The position numbers and the translations under genes were made by a program. A DNA stretch of 64,000 nt from Novosphingobium sp. (GTDB taxonomy: Bacteria; Pseudomonadota; Alphaproteobacteria; Sphingomonadales; Sphingomonadaceae): positions 3,482 to 67,481 of the forward strand of contig JBAYPJ010000005.1 in assembly GCA_041677785.1 (NCBI GenBank). The letters are read 5' to 3'. Shown piece by piece: positions 31,376 through 39,142 of this stretch; within the stretch, counting starts at the first letter, position 1, and each line of letters begins with the position of its first letter. Under the pieces are notes generated by a model that was not told the DNA's origin, searched no databases, and worked only from the letters and a program-made list of their open reading frames with translations.

Positions 31376-32686
31376 ATGGGCAAGTACATTCACTTCGTCA
31401 GTTTCCAGATCAATTCGCCGATCAACCACACGGTGCTGAGCTGGGCCGCGCCGGACGACAACCGGTTGCAGGCGCTCGGCGACCTCAAGCTGTGGATCGA
31501 CCTGGCCCGCACGCTCGAGCGCGGGCTGTTCGACGCGATCTTCTTCGCCGACACGCCCGGCGTGTTCGACCGCTACATGGACCGGATGGACGACGCGATC
31601 CGCCATGGCGTGTGCTGGCCGACGATGGACCCGGTGACGCTGCTCGGCGCGATCGCCGGCGCGACCGAGCGGCTCGGCCTCGCCGCCACGGTCTCGACCG
31701 GGCCGCACCATCCCTATGCGGTGGTCCGCCAGCTCTCCAGCCTCGACTACATGAGCGGCGGCCGCGTCGGCTGGAACATCGTCACCGGCCACTTGCGCGG
31801 CGAGCATCGCGCCTACGGCCTGCCCGAACTGCCGCACGACGAGCGCTATGACCGCGCCGAGGAATACATGGATATCTGCTATGCGCTGTGGGACAGCGTG
31901 CAGGACGGCGCGATCCTGGCCGACAAGGCAAGCGGCGTGTTCGCTGACCCGAGCAAGGTCAAGGCGCTCCATCACCGGGGCAAATACTTCAACTGCTCCA
32001 CCGTCGCGCCCGCCCTGCCGTCGCCGCAAGGGCGCCCGGTGCTGTTCCAGGCGGGCTCCTCGGGCCGCGGCCAGCAGTTCGCGATGAAGCACGCCGATGT
32101 CGTCTTCGCCATCCAGCCCAACCTGCCCGGCATGAAGAAGTTCATGGACGATTTCCGCGCGACCGCGAAGCAGCTCGGCCGCGATCCGGCGCCCGGCGTG
32201 ACGCTGGGCATCCAGCCGATCGTCGGCGGGACCGAGGAGGAAGCCAAACGCAAGCTCGACGACATCGTCGAGCGCATCCCGCTCGAAGGCGCGATCAGCC
32301 GGCTGTCGGGCACGATGGGCGTCGACTTTGCCGGCATGGAGCTGGACCAGCCGCTCGCCGAGATGCAGACACAGGGCTCGCAGGGGCTGATGAAGGCGTT
32401 CAGCAACATCGTCGGCGACCGGCCGCTGACGCTGCGCGAGGTGGCGATCCGCTGGGGCCTGGCGGTCGGCATGCCGCAGATCGTCGGCACGCCCGAGCAG
32501 GTCGCCGACCAGATCGAGACGATCTGGCGCGAGACCGGCTGCCACGGCTTCAACGTCACCCCCAACATCATGCCCGTCTCGATCACGGATTTCGTCGACC
32601 AGGTCGTGCCGATCCTGCAGAAGCGGGGCGTCTATCCGACTGAATACCTCGGCACGACGCTGCGCGAGAACGTGGAGCTGGCCTGA
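31376..32686 (+). CDS. LLM-class FMN-dependent monooxygenase, NtaA/SnaA/DszA family
   Basis: 436 aa; MGKYIHFVSFQINSPINHTVLSWAAP...FFADTPGVFD...; GGAGAA SD. Confidence 0.82.
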   Translation: MGKYIHFVSFQINSPINHTVLSWAAPDDNRLQALGDLKLWIDLARTLERGLFDAIFFADTPGVFDRYMDRMDDAIRHGVCWPTMDPVTLLGAIAGATERLGLAATVSTGPHHPYAVVRQLSSLDYMSGGRVGWNIVTGHLRGEHRAYGLPELPHDERYDRAEEYMDICYALWDSVQDGAILADKASGVFADPSKVKALHHRGKYFNCSTVAPALPSPQGRPVLFQAGSSGRGQQFAMKHADVVFAIQPNLPGMKKFMDDFRATAKQLGRDPAPGVTLGIQPIVGGTEEEAKRKLDDIVERIPLEGAISRLSGTMGVDFAGMELDQPLAEMQTQGSQGLMKAFSNIVGDRPLTLREVAIRWGLAVGMPQIVGTPEQVADQIETIWRETGCHGFNVTPNIMPVSITDFVDQVVPILQKRGVYPTEYLGTTLRENVELA

Positions 32687-32689
32687 ACC

Positions 32690-33658
32690 ATGGCACGCGA
32701 GACCGTCTATATCCTCGACCCAATCCACCCCGCCGGGGTCGAGCGGCTTAGAGCCGCGCACGATGTCATCATGCCGGAGCAAGGCCCGATGCAGGATGGC
32801 AATGACCCCCGCCTTGCCGACACGACCTTCATCGTCATCCGCACGACCGAGCTGCCGCAAGCACTGATCGCGCGGATGCCGCAGCTCAAGGCGATCGTGA
32901 AGCACGGCGCCGGCGTCGACAACATCCCGATCCCCTTCGCCACCAGCCGCGGCGTAATGGTCTGCAACACGCCCGGCGGCAACAATTCCACCGCCGTCGC
33001 CGAAGGCGCGGTGACGCTGATGCTCGCCGTGCTGCGCCGCGTGCGCGAGATGGACGCGGTGGTGCGTGAGAACTGCTGGGACGAGCGCTGGAAGACGCGG
33101 CTGGGCGACCTGACAGATGCCAAAGTCGGCCTGATCGGCTTCGGCCGCATCGCCCGCTGCACGGCGAAGATCTGCGGGGCGGGCTTCGGCGCGACGATCG
33201 CCGCCCACGACCCGATGCTGTCGCCCGACGAGATCGCGGCGGCGGGCGCGGCGCCGATGGACCTGCCCGAGCTGCTTGCCTGGGCCGACGTGATTTCCAT
33301 CCACGTGCCCCTGACCGAGGGCACGCGCGGCCTGATCGGCGCGAAGGAGCTGGCCGGGATGCAGGCCGGCGCGGTGATCGTGAACACCTCGCGCGGCGGC
33401 ATCATCGACGAGGCCGCGCTGGCCGACGCGCTGCGGGAAGGCAGGATCGGCGGCGCGGGCATCGACGTGTTCGAGGCCGAGCCGCCGCCGGCCGACCATC
33501 CGCTGTTCGCGCTCGACAACGTGGTGCTCAGCCCGCATGTCGCCGGCGTGACCGAGGCGAGCATGAAGCATATGGCGCTGCACTGCGCCGAAGTCGTCGA
33601 AACGATCGTGAGCGGCGAGCGCCCCGCGACGCTGCTCAACCCGGAGGTCCTCGCGTGA
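32690..33658 (+). CDS. D-isomer-specific 2-hydroxyacid dehydrogenase family protein
   Basis: GLIGFGRIA NAD-binding site, ...TSRGGIIDE..., ...SPHVAG (catalytic His). Confidence 0.85.
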   Translation: MARETVYILDPIHPAGVERLRAAHDVIMPEQGPMQDGNDPRLADTTFIVIRTTELPQALIARMPQLKAIVKHGAGVDNIPIPFATSRGVMVCNTPGGNNSTAVAEGAVTLMLAVLRRVREMDAVVRENCWDERWKTRLGDLTDAKVGLIGFGRIARCTAKICGAGFGATIAAHDPMLSPDEIAAAGAAPMDLPELLAWADVISIHVPLTEGTRGLIGAKELAGMQAGAVIVNTSRGGIIDEAALADALREGRIGGAGIDVFEAEPPPADHPLFALDNVVLSPHVAGVTEASMKHMALHCAEVVETIVSGERPATLLNPEVLA

Positions 33659-34380
33659 AGCCCGTCAAATCCGTCATCTACCGCAATATCCCCCGCCCCG
33701 ATCCCGATCTGCTCGCCCGCGCGGCGCAGTTCGGCGTGGCCGACCTGCACGGCGCGCTCGGCCTCGTCGCCGGGCGCATGAGCCTGATGAGCCCCGCCAT
33801 GCGGCCGATCGCGCCGGGCCAGCGGCTCTGCGGCCCGGCGATCACCGCCTGGAACTTCCCCGGCGACAACCTTGCCATCCATTGCGCGCTCGACACCGCG
33901 CAGGCGGGCGACGTGCTGGTGTTCACCAACGGCGGCGGCCACCAGGGCGCGCTGTGGGGCGACGTCGCCTGCGGCTTCGCGGTCAGGAAGGGCGTCGCTG
34001 GCGCGGTCGTCCACGGCGCCTGCCGCGACACCGACGCGATCCGTGAACTGGGCTTTCCCGTCTGGTCCACGCACGTCTCGGTCGAACAGCCCGAAAAGCG
34101 CGGGCCCGCCGCGGTCAACGTGCCGATCGTCGCGGACGGCGTGCTGGTCGAGCCGGGCGACATCGTCGCCGCCGATGCCGACGGCGTGGTGGTGATCCCG
34201 CGCGCGCTGCTGGCCAAGGCGGTGGAGGGCGCCGAGGCGCGCGCCGCCAACGAAGTCCGCATCCGCGCCCGCATCGCCGCCGGCGAGCTGCCGCTCGACA
34301 TCCTCGGCATCCGCGCGGTAATCGAGAACGCGGGGATCGCGCAGAAGAACTGCACCTGGGAGGAAGACCAAGACGGATGA
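33655..34380 (+). CDS. RraA-family protein / 4-hydroxy-4-methyl-2-oxoglutarate (HMG/CHA) aldolase-like
   Basis: GALWGDVACGFAVRKGVAGAVVHGACRDTD core; 4-nt overlaps with both neighbouring genes. Confidence 0.75.
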   Translation: MKPVKSVIYRNIPRPDPDLLARAAQFGVADLHGALGLVAGRMSLMSPAMRPIAPGQRLCGPAITAWNFPGDNLAIHCALDTAQAGDVLVFTNGGGHQGALWGDVACGFAVRKGVAGAVVHGACRDTDAIRELGFPVWSTHVSVEQPEKRGPAAVNVPIVADGVLVEPGDIVAADADGVVVIPRALLAKAVEGAEARAANEVRIRARIAAGELPLDILGIRAVIENAGIAQKNCTWEEDQDG

Positions 34381-35525
34381 AGCCGGCCTACAACATCTGG
34401 GACCTGCGCGATCAGGCCAGGCGCCGGCTGCCCAAGGCGATCTGGGAATTCATCGAGCGCGGCACCGAGGACGACATCCTCACCGCCCACAACAACGCGG
34501 CGCTGCGCCGGATCAAGTTCGCCCCGCGCACGCTGCGCGACGTATCCACGCGCGACCTCTCGATCGAGCTGTTCGGCAAGCGGCGGCCGACGCCGCTGAT
34601 CATCGCCCCCACCGGCATCGCCGACCTCGCCTGCTTTCGCGGCGAGAGCTGCATCGCCGGCGCGGCGGCGGCGGCGGGCGTGCCGTTCAGCCTCGCCACC
34701 AGCTCGACCACCAGCATGGACACGATCGCGGGCATCACGAAAGGCGGCGCCGGGTTCTGGCAGCAGATGTACCTCTGGGAACGGCGCGACCTGTCGTGGC
34801 AGGTGGTCGACCGCGCGGCGGCGCTCGGCGCCGAGGCGCTGATCGTCACCGTCGACACGCCGATCTGGCCCAACCGCGAGTTCAACAAGCGCAACGGCAT
34901 GGCCAACCCCATCCGCCCCAACCCGCGGCTGGCGTGGAGCATCGCCCAGCGGCCCGGCTGGATGACCGGCGTGCTCGGCCGCTACATGCTGAACGGCGGG
35001 CTGCCCAGGTTCGCCAACTATCCGGCCGAAGTGGCCGGCACCGGCCGCGTGACCAACTCCCCCTCAGTGAGCTGGGAGGACGTGCGGGAATTGAAGCGCC
35101 GCTTCCCCGGCAAGCTCCTGCTGAAAGGCATGCTCAACCGCGAGGACGCGATCGCCGCGGCCGAGCACGGCGTCGACGGGGTGATCGTCTCCAACCACGG
35201 CGGGCGCACTTTCGATGCCTCGCCCGCCTCGATCGAGGTGCTGGCCGAGATCGTCGATGCGGTGGGCACGCGCATGACCGTGATCTTCGACAGCGGCATC
35301 CGCCGCGGCAGCGACGTGCTCAAGGCCATCGCCATCGGCGCGCACGCGGTGATGATCGGCCGGGCGACGCTCTATGGCGCGGGCGCGGGCGGCCAGGCGG
35401 GCGCGGCGCGGGCGATCGACATCCTCAGGGAAGAGATCGGCACCGCCATGGCCATGATCGGCGTGACCGCGCTTGACGAACTCGACCGCAGCTATCTGCG
35501 GCGCGACACCGTGCCGGGGCTCTGA
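34377..35525 (+). CDS. FMN-dependent alpha-hydroxy acid dehydrogenase/oxidase (LldD/glycolate oxidase family)
   Basis: 382 aa; sequence ...VSNHGGRTFD...DSGIRRGSDVLKAIAIGA. Confidence 0.88.
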   Translation: MKPAYNIWDLRDQARRRLPKAIWEFIERGTEDDILTAHNNAALRRIKFAPRTLRDVSTRDLSIELFGKRRPTPLIIAPTGIADLACFRGESCIAGAAAAAGVPFSLATSSTTSMDTIAGITKGGAGFWQQMYLWERRDLSWQVVDRAAALGAEALIVTVDTPIWPNREFNKRNGMANPIRPNPRLAWSIAQRPGWMTGVLGRYMLNGGLPRFANYPAEVAGTGRVTNSPSVSWEDVRELKRRFPGKLLLKGMLNREDAIAAAEHGVDGVIVSNHGGRTFDASPASIEVLAEIVDAVGTRMTVIFDSGIRRGSDVLKAIAIGAHAVMIGRATLYGAGAGGQAGAARAIDILREEIGTAMAMIGVTALDELDRSYLRRDTVPGL

Positions 35526-35530
35526 TCGCC

Positions 35531-36238
35531 TCAGTCGGGATACACCCCCTTGAGCACGCTGGCGAAGTGCTGCTTCACCAGTTCGTTGCAGGAGCAGGCG
35601 CGATCGCGCAGGCCCGGCGGATGGAGCACCTTGAGCCCGCCACGCCGCGTCTGGATGATCCCGTCGGCCTTGAAGCGCTGGACGACGCGGCTGGCGTAGG
35701 AACGGCCGATGCCCATCATCGCCGCCAGCTGCTCCTGCGTCATCGTGATTTCATCCTCGCCGGTGCGCTCCATGGCCGAGGTCAGCCATTTGGCCGCGCG
35801 CTGCTCGATCGTGTGGCTGGCGTTGCAGGCGACCGACTGGAACACCTGCGCCAGCAGACAATCGGCATAACGCGCGAAGAGATTGCGTATCTGCGGGGAT
35901 TCGTGCTTGATCTGCTCCAGCTCGGCCACCGGAACCCGGTAGAAGCTGCCTTCGTGTATCACGCAGGACCGCGCATAGCAGGCGATGGCCCCGTGGCTGA
36001 CGATGCCGCCCAGCGCGCCTTCGCGCCCGACCATGGCGGTCTCCACCGCCTCGCCGCTCTCCATCAGGACCAGGAAGACCGCCAGCGCCGCGCCCCGTGG
36101 GAAATAAGCGTACCGCACGACCTCGCCCGCGTCGCAGATCGTCTCGCCCGCGGAAAGGTGGCACTCGGTAAGCAGGGGTTGGAGGAGCGCGCGATCCGGC
36201 TGTCTCAAAGCTCCCAGCAGATTGCTGCCATCCAGCAT
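35531..36238 (-). CDS. Crp/Fnr-family transcriptional regulator
   Basis: cNMP-binding-like N-domain plus C-terminal HTH TQEQLAAMMGIGRSYASRVVQRFKADGII. ORF 35531..36358 was trimmed to the ATG at 36238 (MLDGSNLL). Confidence 0.82.
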   Translation of the reverse strand: MLDGSNLLGALRQPDRALLQPLLTECHLSAGETICDAGEVVRYAYFPRGAALAVFLVLMESGEAVETAMVGREGALGGIVSHGAIACYARSCVIHEGSFYRVPVAELEQIKHESPQIRNLFARYADCLLAQVFQSVACNASHTIEQRAAKWLTSAMERTGEDEITMTQEQLAAMMGIGRSYASRVVQRFKADGIIQTRRGGLKVLHPPGLRDRACSCNELVKQHFASVLKGVYPD

Positions 36239-36279
36239 CCCTAACCTCTTCGCACAACGGTAAAACCCCTTCCGTGGCG

Positions 36280-36304
36280 AACGACCCGGAGAACGAAAAG
36301 TTCC
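36280..36304 (-). promoter_or_regulatory. EcfG-type (general stress sigma) promoter motif upstream of the Crp/Fnr gene
   Basis: Minus strand GGAAC-ttttcgttctccgggt-CGTT (N16); the -10 element lies about 40 nt upstream of the ATG at 36238. Confidence 0.55.
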
Positions 36305-36554
36305 GCCAGTGGGCAAAAGTGGACAGACGCACCGCGACTTGTGTGCTACGGTGAACACAATGGATGGGCCGCCTTGACGGGGTGCATCCGCTCAGCGGGC
36401 TGTCATCGCCGCGGGGATCGCAACTGCCGGTTGCATCGAAGGAAAATGAAAGCCGGCGCCTGTCCCGAGAATGGCACGCGTCGTCCCTTTTCGGCAGACT
36501 GCGAACTTCACGTGCCGGGGATAACGAGCGAATAAACGGCTGGGGTATGGGACG

Positions 36555-36914
36555 ATGACGGCATCCTCACGATCGGCGCTTGTCGTCGAGGACAACATGA
36601 TCATTGCCATGGAAGCGGAAGAGCTTCTGCGCGAGCTGGGCTTTGCCGACTGCCATGTCTGCGGCTCGGTGCGCAGCGCGTTCGACATCATGGGCGATCA
36701 TGCGATCAATTTCGCCCTGCTCGACATCGACCTGGGCCACGAAACCAGCGAGGAGATCGCGACGCGCCTGCAGGCGCGGGGAACCCCCTTCATCTTCGTG
36801 AGCGGCTATGACGAGTTCCCCGAACTGGCCAGCGAGCTTGCGCGGGTGCCTGTCGTCAGCAAGCCCTATACCTCCAGCGACATCGCCGCGGCCATCGCCC
36901 GCCTGGGCCTTTAG
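36555..36914 (+). CDS. Single-domain response regulator, PFxFATG[G/Y] (FAT GUY, SdrG-like) type
   Basis: 119 aa receiver: VVEDN...LLDIDL...TPFIFVSGYDE...KPY. The PFIFVSGY segment matches the PFxFATGY family motif with conservative changes. Confidence 0.8.
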   Translation: MTASSRSALVVEDNMIIAMEAEELLRELGFADCHVCGSVRSAFDIMGDHAINFALLDIDLGHETSEEIATRLQARGTPFIFVSGYDEFPELASELARVPVVSKPYTSSDIAAAIARLGL

Positions 36915-37261
36915 AATTCGATTCCCTTGCGTGGAAACGGCGCCGCCTCCGCGCTTGACAGAGGCAGCCCCGCCCATTGCCTTCCTGCCTGCCTCGACGC
37001 TCCGGTTGGCGCGAAGTTGACGGAGTTGTCGGTGTCCAGGGAGACGAAAACCGCACCCTGGATACCGACGCACAATCCGGCCTTTCCCGACGCGGGCCAG
37101 GGCATCCCCGCATCGCGGGCCGGGGGATTCGCCGGGCGAAACGTGGATTTGCATCATGCCATCCGGATAACCGGTCCGCTGCATGTAGGAAACCAGTCAA
37201 TCCGCTCCGCCGCGCGGCAGGCATCCCAAGCCAGCCCGTGCGCCGTCTCGCGGCCGGACGA

Positions 37262-37286
37262 GGAACGGCCCCACGCGCGCCGCGTT
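37262..37286 (+). promoter_or_regulatory. EcfG-type promoter motif upstream of the GSP26-like gene
   Basis: GGAAC-ggccccacgcgcgccg-CGTT (N16), 36 nt upstream of the ATG at 37322. Confidence 0.6.
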
Positions 37287-37321
37287 GATCCTTATGGACC
37301 CCCGACGGAAAGGATCATGCG

Positions 37322-37786
37322 ATGGAAAAGGAACTGCGCGACGAATTCTGGCAGGCCTTCGCAAAAAGTCCGTTCATCATGATGCGGCTCGAAGCGGACA
37401 ATGGCCACGCCGAACCGATGACCGCCCAGCTCGACAGCGACGCCCTGCACACGATCTGGTTCTATGCCCCTCGCACGAACCGCATCGCTCCGGGCGGCCC
37501 GGCCATGGGCCAGTTCGCCGCCAAGGGGCACGACGTCTTCGCCTGCCTGGCGGGCAACCTTGCCGAGGAAACCGACCCGGCGCGCCGCGCCAAGCACTGG
37601 TCGAAGGAAGTGGAGGCCTGGTTTCCGGACGGCCGCGACGACCCCGATCTGATGATGCTGCGCTTCGAGATCGACGACGCCGAGATCTGGACGGTCGAGC
37701 CCGGCATTCTCGGCACTTTCAAGATGCTGACCGGCAAAGCTATTCGCGCGAGCGAGCTGGGCCACCACGCGGTCGGTCGGGTCTGA
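37322..37786 (+). CDS. Pyridoxamine 5'-phosphate oxidase-like / general stress protein 26 family
   Basis: 154 aa; MEKELRDEFWQAFAKSPFIMMRLEADNGHAEPMTAQLD...; AAGGA SD. Confidence 0.75.
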   Translation: MEKELRDEFWQAFAKSPFIMMRLEADNGHAEPMTAQLDSDALHTIWFYAPRTNRIAPGGPAMGQFAAKGHDVFACLAGNLAEETDPARRAKHWSKEVEAWFPDGRDDPDLMMLRFEIDDAEIWTVEPGILGTFKMLTGKAIRASELGHHAVGRV

Positions 37787-37801
37787 CCGGGGGAAGGCTC
37801 C

Positions 37802-39142
37802 TCAGCCCAGCGAGGCCACGAGGTCCGCGATCGGTACCGTGGCGAAGCCGATGGCGCTGTCGGAGATGCCGTAGGGCATGAACAGCATCTCGCCCACGCG
37901 GATCGCGCCGCAGGTATAGACCACGTTGGGCACATAGCCTTCGCGGTCGCTGTCCTTCGGCGAGAGGATCGGTCGCTCGCTGCGCGCCAGCACCTTGGAC
38001 GGGATGTTGAGGTCGAGCAGGAGCGCTCCGATCGAATACTTGCGCATGGCGCCGACCCCGTGCGTCAGCACCAGCCAGCCGTGGTCGGTCAGGATCGGGC
38101 TGCCGCAATTGCCGAGCTGGATGAACTCCCACGGGAACTTGGGCTCGAGCAGCAGCACGCCGTTGTCGTCCCAATGGTCGATGCGGTCGGACGAGAGCAG
38201 GTAGAGGTTCTTGCCGTCCTGCCGGCCGAGCATGTAGTAGCTGCCGCCGAGCCTGGCCGGGAACAGCGCCAGCCCCTTGTTCCGCGCCGCGCGGCCCGAG
38301 AACGGGCCGAGGGTGAATTCGCGGAAGTCGCGCGTACACAGCAGCTCGGACCGGATTTCGCGGCCGTTGAAGGCGGTATAGGTGCCCAGCCACTGGAAAT
38401 CGCCGCCGTCGTCCACGAACCGGACGAGGCGCAGGTCCTCCAGCCCGTTGCGCTGGGGCTCGGTGATCGGGAAGATGACGGAGCCGGACACGGTGCTTTC
38501 CGGATGCCGGCGCACGAGCACCTGGTTCTCGCTGTCGGTCTGCGTCTGGTCCACCAGCGAGACGGCCGTGGCGACGTTCGGCTGCGGCCAGAGGTCGAAG
38601 CGGCCGTCGGGGTGGACGATCCCTTCGCGAAACGCGATCGAGCTGATGTGCCCCTCGCCCACGGCGCGCAGCGACATGACGAAGCGCACCGCGCCGCCGG
38701 TCAGCCCCGACTGATCGGGATGCTCGACCACGCTGGGATTCATCAGCGCCGCCGCGGCATAGGAATATTCGTGGCAGAAATAGGCACCGATCAGGCGGCG
38801 GCGCTCCTGCGAAACGCCGCTCGGCAAACGGACCGTTTCGGCCACTTCCTTCACCCGTTCGTCAAACACGCGCTCGGTCTGCCAGTGCCGCTCCGAAAAG
38901 TCGGAGAGGATGGCCTGGTATTCCTCCCGCACTTCCGCCTCCGACAGCTCCAGGATGTCGGCAACCAGCCGGCCCGCGCGCGACGTGCTGTACCCGGTGG
39001 CCTGCCAGCCCAGGTGGAACGGACGGATCACGACCCGCGATGGGTCTGCGGAAAGCCGTTGCTCGTGTAACGTCAGCAGACCGCCCGACGCCCGAAGCGC
39101 CGAGGCGGGATCGCCTTCACCTTTGACGGCTCTGAGCGGCAT
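37802..39142 (-). CDS. GH130-like (beta-mannoside phosphorylase/glycosidase fold) protein with an unknown N-terminal domain of about 230 aa
   Basis: The C-terminal approximately 210 aa (...NGREIRSELLCTRDF...NKGLALFP...GWLVLTHGVG...YSIGALLLDL..P..V..RS..PIL.P...REGYVPNVVYTCG) look like GH130/DUF377. The start was chosen at ATG 39142 (MPLRAVKG) behind GGAGGG; it overlaps the upstream gene end by 26 nt. Confidence 0.65.
   Translation of the reverse strand: MPLRAVKGEGDPASALRASGGLLTLHEQRLSADPSRVVIRPFHLGWQATGYSTSRAGRLVADILELSEAEVREEYQAILSDFSERHWQTERVFDERVKEVAETVRLPSGVSQERRRLIGAYFCHEYSYAAAALMNPSVVEHPDQSGLTGGAVRFVMSLRAVGEGHISSIAFREGIVHPDGRFDLWPQPNVATAVSLVDQTQTDSENQVLVRRHPESTVSGSVIFPITEPQRNGLEDLRLVRFVDDGGDFQWLGTYTAFNGREIRSELLCTRDFREFTLGPFSGRAARNKGLALFPARLGGSYYMLGRQDGKNLYLLSSDRIDHWDDNGVLLLEPKFPWEFIQLGNCGSPILTDHGWLVLTHGVGAMRKYSIGALLLDLNIPSKVLARSERPILSPKDSDREGYVPNVVYTCGAIRVGEMLFMPYGISDSAIGFATVPIADLVASLG

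Noticed and set aside
31280-34490. Minus-strand ORFs 31280..33583 (767 aa), 32707..34371 (554 aa) and 33678..34490, opposite the LLM/2-HADH/RraA operon.
   Set aside because: The plus-strand genes carry clear family motifs and translational coupling. The antisense products are low-complexity with no recognisable domains.
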